DNA of 64,000 nucleotides from Malacoraja senta (Eukaryota): positions 25,856,001 to 25,920,000 of the forward strand of contig CM075987.1 of assembly GCA_038087875.1 (NCBI GenBank), given 5' to 3'. The position numbers and the translations under genes were made by a program. Positions 12,730 through 23,104 of this stretch are shown piece after piece. Each line of letters opens with the position of its first letter. Position 1 is the stretch's first letter. Under the pieces are notes generated by a model. The model made no database searches, had not been told where the DNA came from, and was given only the letters and a program-made list of their open reading frames with translations.

Positions 12730-14302
12730 AGGTAAGACACACCAGGTAAATTAGGAAACAGGACTCACTTAACTGAAAAACCTGCAAAACGGGAGCGAAA
12801 AGAAAACTAAGGGATTACCCCAGTGTGAAATGTTAGAAAATAATGGACTGTGCTATTTTGGAATAGTTTAATAAATCTCAAATATCGCCATAAATGTAAT
12901 GAACGGATGGTGTTTGAGTCTGTTGGACATATGATAGAGGCCAAGATATCCAGTTTCTTCCCATATTCCGAAGACGTGGAAGTTGGTAGGTTAATTGACC
13001 TCTGTAACTTGTCCTTTGTGTGTAGGATAGAACTGGTGACGGCAAGTTGCCAACTTTGGGTAAATTTATCTCAATTACATCGCAGTAGAGATTGGTGGAT
13101 GTTTGCCGAGTGTTTGATTCTGGGGCCCTCGACTGTCAAAACTGTTCAAACTTCATCCCGGCCCAGGACTGATGCCCTCTGGTAAATGCAGAAGGACAGC
13201 AAGAGGGGGGAGTTTAGTATTACTTTCGGTTAGTTTGGAGATACAGCGTGGAAACAGGCACTTCGGCCCACGCCGACCAGCAATCACCCCGTTTACTAGT
13301 TCTATCCATGTAGGAAGGAACTGCAGATGCTGGTTTAAACCGAAGATAGATACAAAAAGCTGGAGTAACTCAGCGGGTCAGGCAGCATCTCTCGCTCCGT
13401 CCTCCCCCTTGCCTAGTCATTGTGCCAGTTTTACCGTCATCCTGGTGAGTCTCATTGTCTGTCACTCTTTTTCACCTAGCCCACAGCCTGTTTCCTTTAC
13501 CATCATTACTTTTTTGCATATCTTTCATTCATATGTTCTATATCTCTCTACATCACCGTCGATATCTCACATTTCCCTCTCCCCTGACTCTCCGTCTGAA
13601 GAAGGGTCTCGACCCGAAACGTCACCTATTCCTTTTCTCCAGAGATGCTGCCTGTCCCGCTGATTTACTCCAGCTCTTTGTGTCTATCGCTAGTTCTATC
13701 CTACGCAGGAAGGACAATTTGCCGAGGTCAATTAGCCTACAAACCTCCACGTCTTCGGAATATGGGAAGAAACTGGAGCACCCGGAGGAAACCCACGCAG
13801 GTACCGGGGAGAACGTTCAAATTACACACAGACAGCACCCGTGGTCAGGATCGAACCCGGGTCTCTGGCGCTGTGAGGCAGCAACTCTACCGCTGCGCCA
13901 CCGTGCCACCCCGGAGTTGATAGATTGAGTTGGCAGTGTTATTAAAGGTTAGTTATTCTGAGAGCAGGCTTGCCTGAGATTAGGCTGACCTGGATTCTCC
14001 AAGCGTTTGATGGGGAGTTTCTGGAGTGGCTGATCTGACCCAGAAATGACCACATTCCACTCCGGATAATAACACTCTGGAAAATAAAATGTTTTTCAGA
14101 GCCACCCTGATAAAAAAAATGGCACAACCCTTTTAAATTTTCTAGGACGGCAGCTTTTTCTTAAAGGTAAAGTGTAGTCAGGGACCAAACTACTCTGATC
14201 TTGCTGACTGTGATTTTAAATCAAACCTTAGTTTTGTTTAGAGACACAGCGTGGAAACAGGCCCTCCGGCCCACGAGTCCCCGCCGACCAGCAATCCCCG
14301 TA

Positions 14303-14627
14303 CAATACAATATAACTTTTTCCGCGATGTCTCCAGCGCTGTGCCGCCGCTGCTGAAGCTCTGGTCCGGTCCCCGGCAGGAAAGGCTGCGTCAATCCAGT
14401 TGGTAGGCCGCGAGGAGTGGGGCGTGGACTCGACTCGGTGAATAGTCGCATCCTCGCCAGGAAGTGACTGGGAAACGGTTTCCCCCTTACCCTCCCCCCC
14501 TCCCCCACATGGAAATACTAAAAAAATCCTCCAAGACATACTTTTAAACAAAATAAAAATAAAAATAAGATAGAAAAGCAGACAGACTGTAGGCAGAGGC
14601 TGCCATCATGTGTCGCCCCTAGTGGCA
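14303..14627 (-). mobile_element. CpG-rich non-autonomous retroelement fragment, unclassified
   Basis: Shares ggtaagggggaaaccg with 23852-24738 and ctccagcgctgtgccgcc with 32083-32100. Confidence 0.5.
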
Positions 14628-15499
14628 CACGTCTCTAGGATGTAAAAGAAAATGGAGGCACCAGGAGGAAACTCATGCGGTTTACAAGAAAAGACACAAA
14701 GTGCTGGAGTAACTCAGCGGGTCAGGCAGCATCTGTGGAGAACGTGGATAGGTGACGTTTCACAGAGTGCTGGAGTAACTCAGCGGGTCAGGCAGCATCT
14801 GTGGAGAACATGGATAGGTGACGTTTTGGGTCACGACACTTCTTCAGACTGATTGTGGTGGGGGGATTGAAGAAGGGTCTCGACCCGAAGCATCATCGGT
14901 TCCTTCTCTCCAGAGATGCTGCCTGTCCCGCTGAGTTACTCCAGCATTTTGTGTCTAATTTCAGTGCAGTTCCTTCCTACACAATGGATTACATTTCAGG
15001 TCGGCAGAAAGGAAATGTTTCTTCTGCCTAATGATATCATTGAGGTATCATAGGCGACAAAGCACTGAATATTGGAGGTGGAGAACATAAGGAAAGTCAT
15101 TATCCTGACAGAGATTGACTCTGAAGTATATTGCACATTATCACATCTGGTAGTTTCACTGCAATCCAAAGATATTCTTTTCCGAGAGGTTATAATATGC
15201 TTCAGTGCACTGCCATCTGAGATGACAGGAAGCTACAAATTTAGCATGCATAAAGAGGGAAAGGTAGAAATGGTGAGTGATTATGTTCTTGCACGTATCA
15301 ATACTCCTATCAATCAACTCCATCTACACTGCACGCTGCCTCGGCAAGGCCAGCAGCATAATCAATGACCAGTCTCACCGTGGTCACTCCCTCTTCTCCC
15401 CTCTCCCATCAGGCACGAGTTACAAAAGGCATGCGGGGTTGTAGGTCAAATGGCTTGGTGTGAATGTAAATTGTCCCTAGTGTGTGCAGGATAGAGTTA

Positions 15500-15727
15500 T
15501 GGGCCTGTCCCACTTGGGCGTCATTTGCGCGTCACGCAGGTGGCGTGCTAGGATTTTGAGAATCCCCAAATCCTGGGGCGGCGAGCGCTACCGCGCGTCA
15601 CTACCTACGTCACCACGTCTCACCACGCGCCATGCACGAGTAATGCACGCCATGCATGCTTTACGCGCGCGTCTTGCGTCATGGCACGTAAACGACGCGC
15701 AATTAACGCCCAAGTGGGACAGGCCCT
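15500..15727. mobile_element. PIF/Harbinger-like MITE inserted in a SINE
   Basis: About 22-bp TIR. TTA is duplicated on both sides within the SINE consensus gtgttagtgtg. Confidence 0.8.
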
Positions 15728-15809
15728 TTAGTGTGCAGGGATCGCTGGTCGGCGTGGATTCGGTGGGCTGAAGGGACGGTTTTCACGCTGTATCTCTAAA
15801 CTAAACTAT

Positions 15810-16380
15810 AAAAAGTACAGAAGTGTGAAAATGCACACTTTCAGATTCGGGGACAGTTACTTCCCAGCTGTTATCACCAAAATGAACCATGTTATCGCCA
15901 ACTAGAGAATGAACCATGCTATCACCAACTAGAGAATGAACCATGCTATCCCCAACTAGAGAATGAACCATGCTATCGCCAACTAGAGAATGAACCATGC
16001 TCTCGCCAACTAGAGAATGAACCATGCTATCGCCAACTAGAGAATGAACCATGCTATCCCCAACTAGAGAATGAACCATGCTATCGCCAACTAGAGAATG
16101 AACCATGCTATCGCCAACTAGAGAATGAACCATGCTCTCGCCAACTAGAGAACATGCCTGACCTCCAATCTGCCTCATTGGAGACCCTCAGACTTTTATT
16201 GGAATTCACTCGACTTCATCTCATACTAACCGTTATTCCCTTTATCCTGTATCTCTGTACACTGCGGACGGTTTGGTTATAATCATGTATCTATAGTCTC
16301 TTCACTGGTTGGATGGCATGCTGCAGAAAGGCTGTTCACTGCACCTCAGTACATGTGACAATAAACTAAACTAAACTAAA
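15810..16380 (+). mobile_element. Rex1/Babar-like LINE 3' end containing a minisatellite
   Basis: Motif ttcccagctgttatc and tail ...gtgacaataaactaaact. Related pieces at 6190-6370, 25710-26300 and 60020-60595. Confidence 0.55.
15882..16151. repeat. 27-bp minisatellite, 10 copies (atgaaccatgctatcgccaactagaga)
   Basis: Read directly; produces the MVHSLVGDS repeat ORF on the minus strand. Confidence 0.95.
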
Positions 16381-16913
16381 ATGCAGTTTGGAAGAGATTT
16401 TAGCCCAAACGCTGCACAATCAGTCCACATCGGGTTTGGAATGTGAATGGTTCTTATCTAAGATGTTAGGGATAAAGGAACCCACATTTGAGCTGGCTTG
16501 TAAGACATAGACAATACAGCACAGGAACAGGCCCTTCAGCCCACAATGTCCGTGCAGGACATGACGCCAAGTTAAATTATTCTTCTCTGCCTGCACGTGA
16601 TTTATAACCCTCCATTCCTTGCCTATCCACGTGTCGATATAAAAGCCTGCTCAATGCCACTATCGTATCTGCTTCCATCACCACCACTGGCCGCGTACTC
16701 CAAGCACTCACCACTCCCTGTGTAAAAAAAACCTCCAATGTAGAATTGATGTAGGTGGCAATCTTCATGTTCATAACTTCTAGGAGCAGAATTAGGCCAT
16801 GCGGCCCCTCAAGTCAATTCCGCCATTCAAAATCATGGCTGTGCTATCTTTCTCACTTAACCCCATTCTCCTGCCTTCTCCCCATAACCCCTGACACCCG
16901 CACTAATCAAGAA

Positions 16914-18124
16914 TGTGTTGTATCTGGACTTTCAGAAGGCATTCGACAAGGTACCACATAAGAGATTAGTATACAAACTTAAAGCACACGGTATTGGGGG
17001 TTCAGTATTGATGTGGATAGAGAACTGGCTGGCAAACAGGAAGCAAAGAGTAGGAATAAACGGGTCCTTTTCACAATGGCAGGCAGTGACTAGTGGGGTA
17101 CCGCAAGGCTCAGTGCTGGGACCCCAGCTATTTACAATTTATATTAATGAGCTGGATGAGGGAATTGAAGGCAACATCTCCAAGTTTGCGGATGACACTA
17201 AGCTGGGGGGCAGTGTTAGCTGTGAGGAGGATGCTAGGAGACTGCAAGGTGACTTGGATAGGCTGGGTGAGTGGGCAAATGTTTGGCAGATGCTGTATAA
17301 TGTGGATAAATGTGAGGTTATCCACTTTGGTGGCTAAAACAGGAAAGCAGACTATTATCTAAATGGTGGCCGATTAGGAAATGGGGAGATGCAGCGAGAC
17401 CTGGGTGTCATGGTACACCAGTCATTGAAAGTAGGCATGCAGGTGCAGCAGGCAGTGAAGAAAGCGAATGGTATGTTAGCTTTCATAGCAAAAGGATTTG
17501 AGTTTAGGAGCAGGGAGGTTCTACTGCAGTTGTACAGGGTCTTGGTGAGACCACACCTGGAGTATTGCGTACAGTTTTGGTCTCCAAATCTGAGGAAGGA
17601 CATTATAGCCATAGAGGGAGTGCAGAGATGGTTCACCAGACTGATTCCTGGGATGTCAGGACTTTCATATGAAGAAAGACTGGATAGACTTGGCTTATAC
17701 TCGCTAGAATTTAGGAGATTGAGAGGGGATCTTATAGAAACTTACAAAATTCTTATGTGTTTGGACAGGCTAGATGCAGGAAGATTGTTCCCGATGTTGG
17801 GGAAGTCCAGGACAAGGGGTCACAGCTTAAGGATAAGGGGGAAATCCTTTAAGACCGAGATGAGGAAAAACTTTTTCACACAGAGAGTGGTGAATCTCTG
17901 GAACTCTCTGCCACAGAGGGTAGTTGAGGCCAGTTCATTGGCTATATTTAAGAGGGAGTTAGATGTGGCCCTTGTGGCTAAAGGGATCAGGGGGTATGGA
18001 GAGAAGGCAGGTACGGGATACTGAGTTGGATGATCAGCCATGATCATATTGAATGGCGGTGCAGGCTCGAAGGGCCGAATGGCCTACTCCTGCACCTATT
18101 TTCTATGTATCTATGTATCTATGT
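16914..18124 (+). mobile_element. 5'-truncated young CR1/HER1 LINE, RT C-terminal half
   Basis: LYLDFQKAFDKVPH, SGVPQGSVLGP, KFADDTK, one in-frame TAA at 17335-17337, then a 211-aa ORF and a (tatctatg)n tail. Confidence 0.95.
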
Positions 18125-18799
18125 AATGAATGAGAGGGATCCTACCAATGAAAACATCTAAACGGGGAGAGGAATCCCTCTGTGTGAGAGAGAGGGGGAG
18201 TGTATAATGTGCAGCCTGATGCTTTGATTTGTGTGGCTTCTATGTATGAGAAGCGAAGACAGGGAAAATCAGGGCTCCACTCCACATGCATAGATGCCGC
18301 ACAAAATCAAAGCACCAGGTGCCGTATAACACAGGCTCCTTCTCGCGCTCAATGTTGAAGACTTTCTCTCCCTGTCAAGGTATTGCATTGGTAACACTGC
18401 TCTGATTAGTTACTTTCTGTTTGGATCTGCGACAGGACTTCAGAGTCACGGTGCTGAAACAAATATACATGTTGTTTGTACAACTGACTGACACAGGAAC
18501 AGATTGTTCCCTTAAGGCAGCGAGGCCGTTGATAAGAAATGTACTCACTCACCTTCCCAACAAAGCGCATTCAATCTCAAGGCGTAGATAGACACAAAAT
18601 ACTGGAGTAACTCAGCGGGACAGGCAGCATCTCTGGAGAGAAGGAACGGGTGACGTTTCGGGTCAAGACCCTTCTTCAGACTGAGATCTCAAGGCGTATA
18701 TAGGTGAATTTCTGGCAGTATTGTGGCAAATGCATTTCAGGGTCTGTGACAATGGCCGATAATTTCAAGGTATTGCCAATAATTGTAACTGATTGGCCG

Positions 18800-19102
18800 G
18801 CGCGGTGGCGCAGCGGTAGAGCTGGTGCCTTACAGCGCCAGAGACCCGGGTTCGATCCTGACCACCGGAGCTGACTGTATGGAGTTTGTATGTTCTCCCA
18901 TTGACCTGCGTGGGTTTTCTCCGGGAGCTCTGGTTTCCTCCCACACCCCAAAGACGTACAGGTTTGTTGGTTAATTGTCTTTGGTGAAATTGTAAATTGT
19001 CCCTAGTGTGTGTAGGATAGTGCTGGTGTATGGGGATGGCTAGTCGGTACGGACTCGGTGGGCCTGTTTCCACCCTGTATCTCTCAACTAAACCAAACGA
19101 AA
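18800..19102 (+). mobile_element. HE1-like V-SINE
   Basis: A/B boxes, V domain and tail. Confidence 0.85.
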
Positions 19103-19669
19103 CACGTTGCTTGTACAGCTGACTGACACAGGAATACTTTTGTGGTAGAAATACCTATGATAATAAATGTACCCACCCACCTGTAGAACAAGGTCAAGAC
19201 TGTATGGGTGACGTTCTGTCAGCACTGCGGCAAAGTACTCCAAAGACGTACAGGTTTGTAGGTTGATATAAGTGTAAAATTGGCCCTAGTATGTGTAGGT
19301 TAGTGTTAGTGTGCGGGGATCGCTGGTCGGTGCAGACTCAGTTGTCTGAAGGGCCTGTTTCCGCACTGTATCTCTAAACATAACTAAACTAAATTAAATG
19401 TATTGCATGGTCTATGGCATGGGCCAATAATTGCAAAGAAATGTCAATAATAGTCACTGACTACTATGCACAGTCTAAGTGATTAGTCAAGGATTGGTTT
19501 GGAAGTTCGTTTGGAAGGATGAATTCTTACTTTAAAACACTGAAACACAAATATGCTGAAATTTCAAAAAATTGGCTCATTGTGAGACATTCTTTCAGAA
19601 CTCAGCTTGTGACTATGGAGTTCATTTCTATGTTTACACAAAAAATTGATTCCTAACATTAACTACAAT

Positions 19670-19810
19670 ATCTTCTTCTTGCGTGTGGCGTGCACAGCCT
19701 AAAGTTGTAGGACAACTTGTTCTATTTGATCTTATTTGATTGTGCACGCCAGGTTGATTGCATTCGTCGAAACAGGGCGGACCACGTGAAGGTTGCAATC
19801 TCCCACCCCC
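19670..19810 (-). mobile_element. 141-bp ribozyme-headed short retroposon with (aag)n tail
   Basis: 9-bp TSD aactacaat at 19661-19669 and 19811-19819; 3' end ...ccacacgcaagaagaaga. Confidence 0.8.
19756..19809 (-). ncRNA. minimal HDV-like self-cleaving ribozyme (predicted)
   Basis: GGGGUGG GA GAUUGCA ACC UUCACGU GGU CCGCCCU GUUUCGA CGAA UGCAAUC. P1, P2 and P3 pair fully, with G1-U wobble, a 7-nt L3 and J4/2 CGAA. Confidence 0.8.
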
Positions 19811-19934
19811 AACTACAATTTAACAGATCATTTTTAATGTCAGTGTTCCAAAACCTTGTTCTGGCTGCACTTCACACCCACCACCCTCATCTTTGGACAC
19901 CCTGTGCGTAGGGGAGAGGGTAGGGCTGAAGATG

Positions 19935-20258
19935 TCTCCTGGGCCTGGCCAAGGCGGAAGAGGGCTCCGGCTGGCTGCCTGCCCCTTTTTTCCGGGGTTA
20001 CGTCCGCGCCTCGGTGGTGTTAGAGAGGGACTACCCGCTGTCTACGGGAGCTCTGGGGGATTTCCGGGACCGCTGGGCACCGCGGGGGTGGAACGCACCC
20101 ATAACAAGGATGGGGAAATAATAATTGAAGAATATTTGGTTTAACTTGTGCTATGGTGATAGGTTTCGTTTGAATCATTTAGTATTGTACATATTATTGT
20201 AAATAATTGAATCAATTCTTTTTGGTTAAAACATTTTTTTTAAATTATAAAATAAAAT
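19935..20258 (+). mobile_element. Tx1-type L1-clade ORF2 C-terminal remnant plus 3' UTR
   Basis: Frameshifted peptide LLGLAK...CLPLFRGYVR...LERDY...FRDRWAP...NKDGEIII, followed by an AT-rich UTR. Confidence 0.65.
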
Positions 20259-20497
20259 TTGAATTTCACATTGTCCTGAAGGCAGTTCCTAAATGAAGAT
20301 TCCTCCATCGTCAATCTCCACATGTGGAAACCTACTGAAGTATTTAATCTCTCAGTACACCAAGCCGATCTGCCATCTGCTACTAATTAAATATTAACAA
20401 ATATGTTGTTAAAAAAAAAGCCATGATCTTCATTATTAACTAGCTGGTCTGAAAAATGATCTGGAAGCTCAGGAGATCCTTTGATAAATGACGGCAT

Positions 20498-20800
20498 GGT
20501 GGCACGGTGGCGCAGCGGTGGAGTTGCTGCCTCACAGCCCCAGAGTCCGGGGTTTGATCCTGACTATGGATGCTGTCTCTACGGAGTTTGCACGTTCTCC
20601 CCCTGACCTGCGTGGGTTTTCTCCCGTGATATTCGGTTTCCTCCCACACTCCAAAGATGCACAGGTTTGTAGGTTAATTGGCTTGGTATAAATGTAAATT
20701 GTCCCTAGTGTGTGTGGGACAGTGTTAGTGTGCGGGGATCGCTGGTCGGCGCGGATTTGGTGTTTCCGCGCTGTATCTCTAAACTAAATAAACCAAACAA
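20498..20800 (+). mobile_element. HE1-like V-SINE
   Basis: A/B boxes, V domain and tail. Confidence 0.85.
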
Positions 20801-23104
20801 AGTCTAAAGAAGGGTCTCGACACGAAACGTCACCCATTCCTTCTCCCCAGAGATGCTGCCTGTCCCACTGAGTTACTCCAGCATTTTGTGTGTACCTACA
20901 AACTAAACAAAGTGCTGGAGTAACTCAACGGGTCAGGCAGCATCTCTGGAGAACATGGATAGGTGACGTTTTGGGTGGGGACCCTTCACTGTATTGAGAT
21001 GGGATTGAGAGGGTTGTAAACTGGAAGGGAATCACCCCAAAGACCTAGGCAAGCCACACGTTATCCTAACTCGAATGCATCTGGCCAATCTTTCATAGTT
21101 GCAAAGCTACCATTGTGATAGTGGCTTCGGCGCATGCACTGCAAAGCATCATGAGAAAGCCTGACCATTAATTTCCCAAATTGCTAATGGGTTGGATGGT
21201 AAATTCTGTCTGTGGTATCAATGGCAGCATTCCCTAAGAGTGAATCTTTAATTTAGTATTAGTTTAGTTTAGAGATACAGCACAAAAACTGGCCCTTTGG
21301 CCCATCAAGGCCGCAACAAGCAGCGATCCCCACACATTAACACTGTCCTACATACACCGGGGGACAATTTTACATTCATACCAAGCCAATTAATCTACAA
21401 ACCTGTGCGTCTTTGGAGTGTGGGAGGAAACCGAAGATCCTGGAGAAAACCCACGCAGGTCACGGGGAGAACGCACAAACTCCGTACAGTCAAGCACCCG
21501 TAGCCAGGATCTCGGTCGCAGTAAGGCTGCAGCTCTACTGCTGCACCTCCGTGCCACCCATTGTATTAGATTAGAAAAATGAGGAAAGAATCTTTGGAAA
21601 ACAAACTGGTATTCCAAAATGAAAACTTCTCAGCCGCAAACATTATTTCTGTTTACATGCAATTATCTTTTGTTTGTTACTCTGAACAAAAGAAGACCAG
21701 TTGTGATCGGCACGATGAATAATAAAGCAGCCAATAACATTAGCCTTCTTTACAGGCCGAGGTTTTAACTGCATTCCATTAGTGTACTGAACTCGACCAG
21801 CCACCTCGGTAAAAAAAAAAAGAAAATTACATATTGATTTATTCGTCCTAAGTCGCTTTGTTAAGGCTTCATGATTTTTGAGGCCATGAACAGGCCTGTG
21901 TGATTTATCCAAAAGTCTCTATGGAATTAACTTATTTACTCAAGAAATGCTTGCCCTGCCTCTTGTGAATTGAAGAACCTATGTTGCGTAGTCAGTCGTC
22001 GTTATTATAGATCATGATTTCAGAGTCTGAATGGATTTGGACAAACAAGTCGTGACTGCATGGCAACAATAATTGTTGAACACGTTTCAAGTTATCAACT
22101 TTCCCCGTGTCACTAAATTACATTTCCAGTCATTTTTCTAGCTCCGTGCATCAATTAAGCTAATACAACAGATTAGAAAAGAGTAGGCTTCAATATTTAC
22201 TTATTGTATGTTTTAATGGGGCATTGAAGTTTCAATGGCATGAACTGAATCTCAATGACTCTGTGCTCATTTATACAGATTCATTAACTCAACCACTCAA
22301 CACTTTCTCCTCCTTGACCTGCCTGTGCTTGACTTTCTGTTCCGGCTTTTGTTGAAATTTGCACATTTCTTTTGCATTTAGCTACGCAACAATCAGCAGG
22401 GCCTTCATACAAATATTAACAAATAAAATCACAGTGGATGTTAGATTTGAGAGCAGAGGGATAATGATGGGGCACCTGATAATGATGAGGGGGGGGGGGG
22501 GGCCTCATTGCAACGTACCGAACAGTGCAAGTGTGGGTGTGGAGAGGATGTTTCCACTAGTGGGAGAGTCTAGGACTGGAGGTCATAGCCTCAGAATTAT
22601 AGGGCGTTCCTTTAGGAAGATGAGGAGGAATTTATTTAGTCAGAGGGTGGTGAATCTGTGGAATTCTTTGCCGCAGAAAGATGTGGAGGCCAAGTCAATG
22701 GATATTTTTAAGGTAGAGTTAGATAGATTCTTGATTAGTATGGGTATTGGGAGTTATGGGGAAAAGGCAGGAGAATGGGGTTAGGAGAGGTAGATTAGCC
22801 ATGATTGAATGGCAGAGTAGACTTGATAGGCTGAATGGCCTAATTCTGCTCCTATCGCCTATGACCTTATGACCATTATTATACAGGCATTTAGATGGAC
22901 AAGCAGATGGACACAAAATGCTGGAGTAAATCAGTGGGACAGGCAGTATCTCTGGAGAAAAGGAATGGGTGATGTTTTGGGTCGAGACCCTTCTTCAGGG
23001 GAGGGGGAAACTCTCCAGAGGTGCTGCCTGAGTTACTCCAGCATTTTGTGTCTATCTTCGGTTTAAACCAGCATCTGCAGTTTCTTCCTACACATTTAGA
23101 TGGG

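Noticed and set aside
14613..14627. CTCF-like motif gccactaggggcgac
   Set aside because: One base short of the consensus spacing and not shared by the related elements.
15882..16151. CRISPR-like array
   Set aside because: Head-to-tail units with no unique spacers, in a eukaryotic context.
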